Source: Thomasclavelia sp. (lineage in GTDB: Bacteria > Bacillota_I > Bacilli_A > Erysipelotrichales > Coprobacillaceae). From it: DNA of 48,665 nt. Position numbers and translations under genes: made by a program. The notes under the pieces are model-generated. The model ran no database searches and had not been told where the DNA came from. It saw only the letters and a list, made by a program, of their open reading frames with translations. The stretch's first letter is position 1. The number at the start of each line of letters is the position of its first letter. The DNA lies in the NCBI RefSeq assembly GCF_017889095.1, contig NZ_JAGHEW010000124.1, positions 1 to 48,665 of the forward strand, read 5' to 3'. Positions 29,137 to 38,393 of this stretch are shown one piece after another.

Positions 29137-29566
29137 TGTTTTTCACCTCTTTAAAATGTTCCCATGGTTTTGCTTTTGTAAAAAGCCACCAATCTACGTG
29201 AGAGCCTCTATATTTAATCCCTAAATGTTTTTTCCATATGCGTGTTTCTAAGGATGGCCCACATATCGGATGAGTTATTCCTTTTGCAATAACAAATGGA
29301 ATACCATAGTCACTTGTCATAGCCATAAATCGTCTAACATCTTTATATTTAGTATATGTAGATAGTGAGTATTCTTGAGGATCATTTTTTCTCTCTTTTG
29401 ATATAAGAAAGTTATGTTCTTCGTAAGAATTTAGGAATGATTCTCGATCAACTTTGCCACTTCGACATGCTCTATATACTTCTAATTCTTGAAATTCAGC
29501 CCATTCTGGGATCTTAAAATTTTGAAAATATGAAGGAAATTTTCTTTTTAATTTATTAATATCCAT
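29126..29566 (-). CDS. Putative ADP-ribosyltransferase-fold toxin (CmdT-like)
   Basis: VYR, SF..SYEE, SLS, IAKG, G, SHVDWW motif series consistent with an R-S-type ART fold. First gene of a triplet ending in a SecB-like gene. Confidence 0.6.
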   Translation of the reverse strand: MDINKLKRKFPSYFQNFKIPEWAEFQELEVYRACRSGKVDRESFLNSYEEHNFLISKERKNDPQEYSLSTYTKYKDVRRFMAMTSDYGIPFVIAKGITHPICGPSLETRIWKKHLGIKYRGSHVDWWLFTKAKPWEHFKEVKNNEH

Positions 29567-29574
29567 ACATGATA

Positions 29575-30330
29575 CTTGCCACTCAAAATATGATTAAATA
29601 TACTTACATTGAAAGTTGAATTTCTTACTGATACTTCTTGCTGGTTTTGTCGTGTATACTTGGGCAGTTATAAATAACCCTTACTCGCAGCAGTAGTATA
29701 GTTTTGATGATAGATAGAATCTATTAGTAATTTTTAATATAATATTGTTTTCTTTTGAATTAATAAAATTTCTGCGATGCAACAGTCTTTTCGGGATGTC
29801 TGTTTTTCATAATATTCCTTTTACATTCAAATCTTTAATTGTAATATAAGACAGGTTGATTTTCACTATCTTGGTGATTATCTTATTGATGCAGGCAGTG
29901 TAAATATTATCTATCTTATAATGTATTTTTAACCATTAGCTTCTACTTTTGTATATTTGTTTTTGAGCAGACTCTCCTTTCTATAAATTTTTCTATTTGT
30001 GTGTTAAATTTCTATGATTTCTTTACTCATAAATGTTTCATCATTTACATGAAACTCCTTAGTAATTTTCTCATCTCCTTCCATTTATTTTTTATATTTG
30101 TAAAGTCGCAGAGTATACGCAAAAATAATAATATCTGTTGGTTGGAGTTTGGTTTGCTTTAAATATTTTTCTTTGTATAATAGGAACTTGATATAAATGG
30201 CTAATTATTTGGTAAAATCTTTTGATTAGTAATTTGGGATATTTAATGTACTTATATGTTTTAGCGCGTTTGATATAAAAATGTTTAATCACTTTTGATA
30301 GCATATTTGATTACTTAACAATTTTAATTA
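29575..30330 (-). mobile_element. Decayed, internally deleted IS607-family element (tnpA + tnpB relics and 3' end/omega-RNA region)
   Basis: Minus-strand translated fragments: KANQTPTNRYYY (TnpA HTH end), RLYKYKK*MEGDEKITKEF (TnpA C-terminus), KGESAQK, KIDNIYTACINKIITKIVK..SYITIKDLNVKG / MKNRHPEKTVASQKFY* / NRFYLSSKLYYCC (TnpB RuvC-II and zinc finger). Boundaries approximate. Confidence 0.75.
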
Positions 30331-30411
30331 AGATGTTTATTATATATAAAACTATACTATATGTGTAAGTCTTTGTCTAGATAACTCGATTCTTGGTAAT
30401 TTTAGAAATGA

Positions 30412-30445
30412 AAAAACATGAGTATAATTTAAAACTCATGTTTTT
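30412..30445. terminator. Terminator downstream of patatin gene
   Basis: AAAAACATGAGT/ACTCATGTTTTT 12-bp stem. Confidence 0.75.
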
Positions 30446-30448
30446 AAA

Positions 30449-31729
30449 TTAATTACTAATTGTATATAAAAATAAAGCAATCAAATATTCAGGTAAAAAA
30501 ATATTACTAATCAATCCTGGTTCAATTGATTCCTGGTTTTTAAGCGAATGATAGAAAACACAAATAGCATCTTTACTGCCTAATGTTTTTATGGTTGAAA
30601 AGATTTCTTTAATGGGAATATCACGAAAACGGTTTTCTAATAAATGATAACGATTTTGATATTCTTTTAAAAATGTTTTTAAAAGTTCTTTACATACTTG
30701 ATCGATTTCATAGAGTAAATCACTTTGATAATTATAACGAGCCATTGTTATTTCTAAAGAACGAATAAAATAATCTTCAATTTCTAATGTATTTAAATAA
30801 GTATCTTTTTTCAATAAATCAGTTATTGGTGTAGTATTATAGCTTAAAGTTTTATTGACAATATTACGATTGATTTCATCTTCATAATTAAGAATTAAAT
30901 GATATATTTTATTGATTCTATCTTGATTTAATTCTGTTTTTTTAAAATTATAAAGATAACCATCAAGCTGATTAAAAGTTTTTAAAGTATCATAGTAGCC
31001 TAGTTTAATTCGCCAATCTAATATTTCTCGGTTAAAATCCAAAAAACCACCTAAATCATGACTTGGACGAATAATGGTAATATTTGGTCGATTTAAAAAA
31101 TGGGGATGAATTACTTCCTGCTTTAAATCAATTACAATAATTTTATCTGCTTTCATTTTTAAAGCTAAAGATATTGGTAAATTATCAAAATAACCACCAT
31201 CAATATAGCCCTGTTTATTAATATAATGAACGGGAAAAGCAGGGAAACAGGAGGCTGATGCTAGTGCATATTCTACTAGTTTTGCTTCAGTCATTTCTTT
31301 TTTAGTTATCTCTATCGGTGCTAAATTAGGATATTTGACAGTTACGATTCCATAATCAATTTTACTATTTTTAGCTTTTTGATCATCATATAAATGATAG
31401 ATCATATTTTTTAATGGGGTAATATCAGCACCTTTTTCATTTAAATAAGATTTAAAAAAGGGTTTGATTAAATTAGTTTGTGATAATAGTGATTCGATTG
31501 AAAAATCAAAGTTAACGGGATTTTTAAATACATCACTAACTTTCATCTGATCCCAAAGCTGGTATAATGCCTGGTAGTCTTGTTGGACCACTAATAAACC
31601 ATTTAAAGCACCAATTGAAGTCCCAGTCACAATATCAAAATCATAATTCAAATCTTTTAATGCTTTAATGCATCCGGCCTGATATGCTCCTTTAGCACCT
31701 CCACCAGCTAAAACTAATGCTTGTTTCAT
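30449..31729 (-). CDS. Patatin-like phospholipase
   Basis: LVLAGGGAKGAYQAG, GTSIG, ASASCFP, DGG. ATG 31729 after GAGGTG (ORF track 31798). Confidence 0.92.
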   Translation of the reverse strand: MKQALVLAGGGAKGAYQAGCIKALKDLNYDFDIVTGTSIGALNGLLVVQQDYQALYQLWDQMKVSDVFKNPVNFDFSIESLLSQTNLIKPFFKSYLNEKGADITPLKNMIYHLYDDQKAKNSKIDYGIVTVKYPNLAPIEITKKEMTEAKLVEYALASASCFPAFPVHYINKQGYIDGGYFDNLPISLALKMKADKIIVIDLKQEVIHPHFLNRPNITIIRPSHDLGGFLDFNREILDWRIKLGYYDTLKTFNQLDGYLYNFKKTELNQDRINKIYHLILNYEDEINRNIVNKTLSYNTTPITDLLKKDTYLNTLEIEDYFIRSLEITMARYNYQSDLLYEIDQVCKELLKTFLKEYQNRYHLLENRFRDIPIKEIFSTIKTLGSKDAICVFYHSLKNQESIEPGLISNIFLPEYLIALFLYTISN

Positions 31730-31878
31730 TATTTTCACCTCAAAGTAATTATACGTTTCATTAAATAAAAAATCCATTAAATCTACTTTTGATAGCAAAA
31801 CTTTTATAATTTAATAGTATTTTAATAAAATTTATTTAATAAAAATACTTTTAAATGAGAAAATATCTCAAATAGATG

Positions 31879-31906
31879 TTGAAAATTTCTTAAAATAACA
31901 TATAAT
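31879..31906 (+). promoter_or_regulatory. Putative sigma-A promoter of rloAB-like pair
   Basis: TTGAAA-16 bp-TATAAT, preceded by TGAGA-N5-TCTCA at 31856-31870. Confidence 0.45.
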
Positions 31907-31926
31907 ATGAATGAGGAGATGATTAT

Positions 31927-33195
31927 ATGTTGATTCAATTTAGTTTTAAAAATTTTAGATCTTTTAAAGATGATGCAACAATAGACTTATCAGCAACTAA
32001 AATTACTGAGTTTAATAATCGAGTTATCGAAATTGGAAATGAAAAATTATTACCAGTTGCTGCAATTTTTGGCGCTAATGCTAGTGGTAAATCAAACGTA
32101 CAATTGGCATTTCGATATATGCGTGCTTATGTGATTAATTCTTTTGGATTCGGTGGCGATGCTAAAGAAAAAAAGAATAAAAGCAACTTTTTAAAACCAA
32201 CACCATTTTTATTTGATAATAGCAGCAAAAATAGTGAATCAGTGTTTGAAGTTTATTTTATCGAGGATGAAAGTGATAAGTTTAAATCATATAATTACGG
32301 CTTTAGTATTGATGCTTTAGGAGTAAAGGAAGAATGGTTAAATACAAGAGCTAAAACGGCTCGGGGTGATTTTAAATCGTTATTTTATCGAAATAGAGAT
32401 GAAAATGAGTTAGATTTAAGCGGATTGCCTAAAAAATCACAAGAGAATATTTTAACTGCATTAGAAAAAGAAACACTAGTTGTTTCGTTAGGGGCAAAAT
32501 TAAAAGTGCAGGCTTTAAAAAAAATTAGGGATTGGTTTTTAAAACATGAAATAGCTAATTTTGGGGATCCTTTAGAAAATTTTGTATTATCTAGGTATAT
32601 TCCCGATGGATTTGATGAAGATAAAAAAGTTAGACAAGCTGTTCTTAATTATTTTTCTTCTTTTGATGAATCGATTGTAGATTTTGAGGTCGAAAAAGTA
32701 AAAGATGAAGATGGTGATGAACACTTAAATGTAAAAGCACTTCATAAAGTTATTGGTTCTAATGAAATGGTGGCTTTACCACTAAAAGAAGAATCAGCAG
32801 GTACTTTAAAAATGTTATCACTTTATCCTAGTTTTCAAGAAGTTATGGAAACTGGTGGGGTTTTTTTTATTGATGAACTGAATTCACGTTTGCATCCATT
32901 ATTAGTTCGTAATTTTTTAATTAGTTTTTTAGATCCAAAGATTAATAAAAATCATGCTCAAATTATTTTTACAACTCATGATTCATGGACATTAGCTAAT
33001 AATTTATTAAGACGAGATGAAATATGGTTTACTGAAAAAGATCAGGATGGTATTTCATCACTTTATTCACTTGCCGATTTTAGTGATGAAGACGGTATGA
33101 AAATTAGGAAAGACGAAAATTATGAAAAAAACTATTTATTAGGGAAATATGGTGCTATTCCTGAGTTGAAAACAATAATTTTAAAGGAGAAATAA
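31927..33195 (+). CDS. AAA_21/RloA-type ABC-like ATPase (AbiL-i-like)
   Basis: FKNFRSFKD, GANASGKSN Walker A, ESAGTLK, IDEL..RLHP Walker B, FTTHD, LRRDEIWF, YLLGKYGAIP. Confidence 0.9.
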   Translation: MLIQFSFKNFRSFKDDATIDLSATKITEFNNRVIEIGNEKLLPVAAIFGANASGKSNVQLAFRYMRAYVINSFGFGGDAKEKKNKSNFLKPTPFLFDNSSKNSESVFEVYFIEDESDKFKSYNYGFSIDALGVKEEWLNTRAKTARGDFKSLFYRNRDENELDLSGLPKKSQENILTALEKETLVVSLGAKLKVQALKKIRDWFLKHEIANFGDPLENFVLSRYIPDGFDEDKKVRQAVLNYFSSFDESIVDFEVEKVKDEDGDEHLNVKALHKVIGSNEMVALPLKEESAGTLKMLSLYPSFQEVMETGGVFFIDELNSRLHPLLVRNFLISFLDPKINKNHAQIIFTTHDSWTLANNLLRRDEIWFTEKDQDGISSLYSLADFSDEDGMKIRKDENYEKNYLLGKYGAIPELKTIILKEK

Positions 33196-33198
33196 TTA

Positions 33199-33846
33199 AT
33201 GTCAAGAAACGAAAGAAAGGGAAGAAGAAAGCCACGGATGTATCGTGGTAAAATACGTACTCCTAAACTGGGATATTATTATATAGTAACGGATACTGAT
33301 CAAACTGAAAAAAATTATTTAGAAGGGGTAAGAGATTCTATTCCTGAAAATTTAAAAGGAAAAATTGTTATTAAAGTATCTAAAACAAGAACAATTAATT
33401 TGGTAAAGACATGTAAAGAAGGTGCTTCTTTATTTCCACAATATAGTGAGCCTTGGATTGTCTTTGATCGTGATCAAGTCAAAAATTTTGATGGGATAAT
33501 TAAAGAAGCTAAACAAAATGGAATACATGTAGGATGGTCTAATCCTTGTCTTGAAATTTGGTTATTTGCTTATTTTGGTAGTATGCCAAATATTCAAGAT
33601 TCTATAACTTGTTGTAAAAGATTCGCTTTTGAATATGAAAGGAAAACAGGTCAGCGCTATGATAAAGCAGAAAGAAATTTATATAATAAGCTTTGTCATT
33701 ATGGAAATGAAGGAAAGGCAATAAAAATTGCTAGAGAAAAAAGAAAACAATGTCTTGACGAAAAACTAACGGAACCTTCTAAGATGATTCCTTGCACTAC
33801 TGTTGATATTTTAATTAATGAAATAAAAGCAAAAGTGACTAGCTAA
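33199..33846 (+). CDS. rloB: RloB-family protein (TOPRIM-like, AbiL-ii-like)
   Basis: IVTDTDQTEKNY, WIVFDRD, WSNPCLEIWL, PCTTV motifs. Adjacent to the AAA_21 ATPase. Confidence 0.88.
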   Translation: MSRNERKGRRKPRMYRGKIRTPKLGYYYIVTDTDQTEKNYLEGVRDSIPENLKGKIVIKVSKTRTINLVKTCKEGASLFPQYSEPWIVFDRDQVKNFDGIIKEAKQNGIHVGWSNPCLEIWLFAYFGSMPNIQDSITCCKRFAFEYERKTGQRYDKAERNLYNKLCHYGNEGKAIKIAREKRKQCLDEKLTEPSKMIPCTTVDILINEIKAKVTS

Positions 33847-33909
33847 ATAGATGATAAGAAATAAAAAGGAAGGATGAGATTAATTTAAACAATAAATCCA
33901 AACTTCCTT

Positions 33910-34503
33910 TTAAAAATAAGTTTTCACAAAAATTACTTTACCAATAACCTTTACTGGTAAATCATTTACTTCTTGAAAAGAAAAATGTTTATTTTCCACT
34001 TTTTTGTTGTAGGCAATTAAAGTAACACCAGTATTATCTTGGAAATATTTTTTTACCGTAACTTCATCACCAATTTGGATAATTGCAACTTCATTATTTT
34101 TAACTTGATCACATTTTTTTACATATACCAAACTGCCATCAACGATGCCGATATCTTTCATTGAATCACCGGTAATTTGTAAAAAATAATCACCTAAAGA
34201 ATATTCTTCTAAAGTTATGTTTTCTTGACCTAAATAATTATTATCTAAAAATAAATCATAACCACCTTTAGCCATTCCTAAGATTGGCTTTTTTAAAGTA
34301 ATGGCAACGCCATTTAATAAAGCCCCAACATCATAACCTAAAACATCAGACATTTTATCAACTGTTTCTTGCTGCAAAGCTTTTACGGATCCATTTAACC
34401 AGCGGCCCACAGTAGTATGAGTTACTCCAAATTGTTTAGCGATTTGCTGATTGGTTAAATGATGTAAACTTTTGTATTCTTTAATAAATTGTTTTAGTTC
34501 CAA
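33910..34503 (-). CDS. LexA-like XRE-HTH + S24 autopeptidase repressor (HdiR-like)
   Basis: HTH (LTNQQIAKQFGVTHTTVGRW), AKGG cleavage region, GDSM catalytic Ser, TVKK catalytic Lys. TTG 34503 after GAGGTG (ORF track 34512). Confidence 0.88.
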   Translation of the reverse strand: MELKQFIKEYKSLHHLTNQQIAKQFGVTHTTVGRWLNGSVKALQQETVDKMSDVLGYDVGALLNGVAITLKKPILGMAKGGYDLFLDNNYLGQENITLEEYSLGDYFLQITGDSMKDIGIVDGSLVYVKKCDQVKNNEVAIIQIGDEVTVKKYFQDNTGVTLIAYNKKVENKHFSFQEVNDLPVKVIGKVIFVKTYF

Positions 34504-34554
34504 TATTTTCACCTCACTTTGATTATAACGAAATATAAAGTTAAAATAAAGGAT

Positions 34555-34573
34555 TATAACTTAAAAAGTTATA
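34555..34573. promoter_or_regulatory. Candidate operator palindrome between the repressor and umuC-like gene
   Basis: TATAACTT-AAA-AAGTTATA perfect inverted repeat. GATTATAAC half-site is repeated at 34521. Confidence 0.5.
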
Positions 34574-34638
34574 CAAACATGCATGATTTAATTGAATATG
34601 CACATTTTAAAGCATATAATGGCATTGAGGTGATCGAA

Positions 34639-35895
34639 ATGAATCGAGTTTATTTATGTATTGATCTAAAAACTTTTTTCGCTTCTGTAGAGTGTGCTGA
34701 AAATAACTGGGATCCCTTTAAAGTCGACATGGTTGTTGCTGATAAAGATCGTGGTAAAGGGGCTTTGTGTTTAGCGATATCACCGAAAATGAAAGCCCGG
34801 GGAATCAAGAATCGTTGTCGCTTATTTGAAATTCCACCGGGAATTGATTATCGAATCGTAAAACCAAGAATGTCTTTATATATGGAATATGCAGCCAGGA
34901 TCTATGAAATCTATTTAAAATATGTTAGTGCTAATGATATTCATGTTTATTCAATTGACGAAGCTTTTTTAGATATTACTAGTTATTTTAAACTATACCA
35001 AAAAACACCATATCAGCTTGCCAAGATGATCATTGATGATGTTTTAAAAACTACTGGTATTACTGCTACAGTAGGCATTGGAACTAATTTGTATTTAAGT
35101 AAAGTGGCTTTAGATATCAGTGCTAAACATAATCATAATAATATTGGGATTTTAAATGAACAAATTTATAAAGAAACACTATGGCATCATCGTCCAATTA
35201 CTGATTTTTGGCAAGTTGGTAAAGGAATCGCTAAACGGTTAGCTAAATATCAAATTTATGATATGGCGGGAATAGTAAATTGTGATGAAAAGATAATTTT
35301 AAAAGAGTTTGGCATAAATGGTCAATATTTAATCGATCATGCCTATGGTAAAGAACCAGTTACGATTGCGGACATAAAAAAATATATTCCTAAATGTAAT
35401 TCGCTTTCTCATTCACAAATTTTATTTGAAGATTATAATTATCAGCAAGCTTTATTAGTAATGAAAGAAATGGTGGAATTAAAAGTATTGGATTTAGTGG
35501 AAAGACATTTAGTAACTAGTCATATTGCTTTATATGTAGGATATAGTAATCATGCCATCAAAGCTACTGGCGGTTCTTTAAAAATTGGGGTTTGTTGTAA
35601 TTCTTATCAAATTTTATTAACTGAATTTATAAATTTATATCAAAAAACGACCAATCCTAATTATCCAATCCGTCAAATTGGAATCAGTTTTGGTGATGTT
35701 ATTGATGAAAGCTATGAATATTATAATTTATTTATCGATTATAAACAGATAGAAAAAGAACGGCAAATTCAAAATGCATTAATTGAAATTAAAGATCGTT
35801 ATGGTAAAAATGCCATCTTTAAAGGGATGAATTTACTTGATAAAGCAACAACTTTAAAACGAAATAAACTAATTGGTGGTCATAATGCTATCTAA
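34639..35895 (+). CDS. Y-family DNA polymerase (UmuC/UvrX-like)
   Basis: CIDLKTFFASVE, PRM..Y, YSIDEAFLD, GIGTNLYLSK, C-terminal IGGH. ATG 34639 after GAGGTG (ORF track 34519). Confidence 0.93.
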   Translation: MNRVYLCIDLKTFFASVECAENNWDPFKVDMVVADKDRGKGALCLAISPKMKARGIKNRCRLFEIPPGIDYRIVKPRMSLYMEYAARIYEIYLKYVSANDIHVYSIDEAFLDITSYFKLYQKTPYQLAKMIIDDVLKTTGITATVGIGTNLYLSKVALDISAKHNHNNIGILNEQIYKETLWHHRPITDFWQVGKGIAKRLAKYQIYDMAGIVNCDEKIILKEFGINGQYLIDHAYGKEPVTIADIKKYIPKCNSLSHSQILFEDYNYQQALLVMKEMVELKVLDLVERHLVTSHIALYVGYSNHAIKATGGSLKIGVCCNSYQILLTEFINLYQKTTNPNYPIRQIGISFGDVIDESYEYYNLFIDYKQIEKERQIQNALIEIKDRYGKNAIFKGMNLLDKATTLKRNKLIGGHNAI

Positions 35896-36196
35896 TCATG
35901 CTTCTAGAGCTAAACAGTTTTTATCTTTTGATTCTTTAAAAGGGTTTAAAGAATTAATTGAAGCAAAACAAAAAGTTGTTGAAGAAGTTGTTTTGTTGAG
36001 TGAAGATGACTTAGCTACTTTAAATTGGCAAATTAAAACCGTTAAACCAGGAATGATGTTAAAAGTAATCTATTATGATCATGATCAATATTTAATGTTA
36101 GAGGGGATGGTTAGTAAGATTGATTTTAATCAAAAAAAATTAGTGATTGTTGATCAAGAAATTAAATTTGAACAGATCAAGAAAATAGATGATTAA
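35885..36196 (+). CDS. YolD-like protein
   Basis: RAKQFLSFDSLKGF, LSED, YY..G.VSKID. Overlaps the polymerase stop. Confidence 0.85.
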   Translation: MLSNHASRAKQFLSFDSLKGFKELIEAKQKVVEEVVLLSEDDLATLNWQIKTVKPGMMLKVIYYDHDQYLMLEGMVSKIDFNQKKLVIVDQEIKFEQIKKIDD

Positions 36197-36207
36197 TAAA
36201 ATAGATG

Positions 36208-36897
36208 TCAAAAGAGGATTATATTCCAATCCTCTTGTTGACTATTTAAATATATTATTATATCAAAAAGTTCATTTAAATTATTAATAAAGAAATCAGC
36301 GTTGCTTTGATCTAAGTTAAATAAATTATCTTTTCTAGCAACTACTTTAATATTAGCATTTTTTCCAGCTTGTATGCCGATTGGTGAATCTTCGATAACC
36401 AAACAATTATTATTTTTGTATCCAAAATATTTCTTACAGTATTGATAAATATCTGGTGCAGGTTTGCTGCTGGCAAAATCATCACAACTTAAAATAAGGT
36501 CGAAAAAGGAAACTAATTTATTACTATTTAAAACTTCATATATGTATTTGTAATTACTACTTGAAGCAACAGCAAGCTTTATCTTTTTTTCTTTTAGTTT
36601 TTTTAATACAATAGCTGTTTCTTCGAATGCTAGTGTACTATAATCTACTAGCTTTAATTTTTCTTGATGAGCTTTTTTAAATTTCATTTTAAATTCTTCT
36701 TTGGTATCCTTTAGCTTTATCCCATCAAGAATTTTATCCCAAGGATCTAAAGATTTATGGGAACCAATTAAATAATTAAGGCGCTCTGGAGGAATAGGGG
36801 AATTAGTTTCTTCTAGATATTCTTTAAATAATTGTTGATGCATTTTTTCACTATTAATTAATACACCATCTAAATCAAAAAATATTGCTTGGATCAT
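36208..36897 (-). CDS. HAD-family phosphatase
   Basis: FDLDGVL, VASSS, KPAPDIY, IEDS..GI. Confidence 0.92.
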   Translation of the reverse strand: MIQAIFFDLDGVLINSEKMHQQLFKEYLEETNSPIPPERLNYLIGSHKSLDPWDKILDGIKLKDTKEEFKMKFKKAHQEKLKLVDYSTLAFEETAIVLKKLKEKKIKLAVASSSNYKYIYEVLNSNKLVSFFDLILSCDDFASSKPAPDIYQYCKKYFGYKNNNCLVIEDSPIGIQAGKNANIKVVARKDNLFNLDQSNADFFINNLNELFDIIIYLNSQQEDWNIILF

Positions 36898-37568
36898 AAT
36901 AAATACCAGTCTCCTTTTAAAATATTATTTATTTTATTTATTGAAAGTTCATCATGAGTATTGTTTTTAGCAATGATTAAACAATCAGTAGCTTTTTTAA
37001 TATTTTTTTGATAAGAATACAATTTTGCTAAACGATAATTATAGACTGATAAAAGCTCTTGATTAGAGATAGAGGAAATAAGTTTCTCTATCTCTAAAAT
37101 TCTGGTAATATTTTTATTAAAATAAATATCATCAATCATATCACAATCATAAATGAAATATTTTATGGCTAAATCATTTTGGTTATCATAATTTTTATGA
37201 ATTTCCTTTAATAGGTTTTTAGCATCTTGTTGATATCCATAATCTACAAAGTATGAATATAGTAATTTATAATAGGCTAACTGGTCATTTTTATTAAATT
37301 TAATCCGATCTTTTTTTGTATGGATATCAATTATCTTTTGATGATTATCTTCCTTAAGATAAAATTTTAATTTTAAGATTATGTATGTTGCCTTTGAAAT
37401 GAGCATCTTATATTTTGGATTATTTAAAGTGGCTAAAAAATTTTTTTCATCATGATCATTGGAGGCAATATTTAACAAATTGAACATTTCGATTAATAAT
37501 TTTTTGCGATAGCAACTACCTAAAATCAAACTGCTTAAAACTAATATAACTATTATTATAACTTCCAT
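36894..37568 (-). CDS. Hypothetical membrane-anchored helical (TPR-like) protein
   Basis: N-terminal TM and helical repeats; lies within the PTS operon. Confidence 0.55.
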   Translation of the reverse strand: MEVIIIVILVLSSLILGSCYRKKLLIEMFNLLNIASNDHDEKNFLATLNNPKYKMLISKATYIILKLKFYLKEDNHQKIIDIHTKKDRIKFNKNDQLAYYKLLYSYFVDYGYQQDAKNLLKEIHKNYDNQNDLAIKYFIYDCDMIDDIYFNKNITRILEIEKLISSISNQELLSVYNYRLAKLYSYQKNIKKATDCLIIAKNNTHDELSINKINNILKGDWYLL

Positions 37569-37570
37569 TT

Positions 37571-38392
37571 TTATTTCATTGGAAAAAAGCCTATAGCAGT
37601 TAAAAGAATTCCTAATATTAAAAGAATAAATAACAGTTTATTTACACTAGTTCCCTTTTGAATGTAACGATATACTATAATAGAAAGAACTAATGGTAAT
37701 AAATTAGGCATAATACTATCTAAAACATCTGCTAGTATAAAAGATCCGCCTTCCAAGTTTAACTCTAAAGCAACAGGGACAATTACAATGCTTGGAATTA
37801 GACCACCTATAACTACTAATCCTAGAATTTTTGCAGCCTCAGTTATTTTATCTAGTGTACCATCAGCTTGAATTTTGGCTAAAAAGTCACGGCCACCACG
37901 ATATCCTATTTTAAAACCATAAATTCTAGTTAGAGTAGAAGGAAGTAAATTTAAGATCAAGTAAAGAATAACACCTAAAATATTTCCTTTTGCAGCTAGT
38001 GGTGCTCCAATACCACAAGCAATTACTCTAAAAGTTCCCCAAAAGAAACTATCACCAATTCCTGCTAAAGGACCCATTAAAGCAATTTTTACTGAGTTAA
38101 TAGATTGTGGGTCAAAACTTCCTTTTGGAGCATTTGCATATTCTTCTTCCATTGCACAGGTAATTCCTAAGCAAAATGGAACAAAAGCACAGGTTGTATT
38201 GAACATTGCATTATGCCGGTTTAAGGCTTCTTGTAATTTTTCTTTATCCGGATATAATTTTTCTAATGCAGGTAATAAAGCTCGCATGTAAGAAATTCCT
38301 TGTTGTTTATCGTAAGTATAACAGCCTAGAGCTTGATATGAACGATAAAAAACTTTTTTTAATTCTTTTTTTGTAAGTCTAATTTCTGACAT
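37571..38392 (-). CDS. PTS mannose/fructose/sorbose family IID
   Basis: RHNAMFNT, KIALMGPLAGIGDSFFW. ATG 38392 after GGAGG. Confidence 0.95.
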   Translation of the reverse strand: MSEIRLTKKELKKVFYRSYQALGCYTYDKQQGISYMRALLPALEKLYPDKEKLQEALNRHNAMFNTTCAFVPFCLGITCAMEEEYANAPKGSFDPQSINSVKIALMGPLAGIGDSFFWGTFRVIACGIGAPLAAKGNILGVILYLILNLLPSTLTRIYGFKIGYRGGRDFLAKIQADGTLDKITEAAKILGLVVIGGLIPSIVIVPVALELNLEGGSFILADVLDSIMPNLLPLVLSIIVYRYIQKGTSVNKLLFILLILGILLTAIGFFPMK

Positions 38393-38393
38393 T

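Noticed and set aside
30092-30304. 70-aa ORF as a real gene
   Set aside because: Better explained as a frameshifted mosaic of IS607 tnpA relic sequence (KANQTPTNRYYY).
30304-30411. Group I intron (IStron) core at the left end of the IS607 relic
   Set aside because: There is too little sequence before the patatin terminator and I could not recognise conserved core elements. A covariance-model search would be needed.
30449-31729. Patatin as a CBASS-type (CapV) defence effector
   Set aside because: No cyclase or partner nearby. It is monocistronic with its own terminator and looks like a common Firmicute housekeeping patatin.
30291-31797. 13-bp direct repeat ACTTTTGATAGCA flanking the patatin gene (30291 and 31785)
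   Set aside because: Matches of this length are expected by chance in 48 kb of AT-rich DNA. One copy lies inside the IS relic, and no recombinase is nearby.
33910-34512. XRE-S24 gene as a prophage CI repressor
   Set aside because: No integrase, structural or replication phage genes are present. It faces a umuC-yolD cassette.
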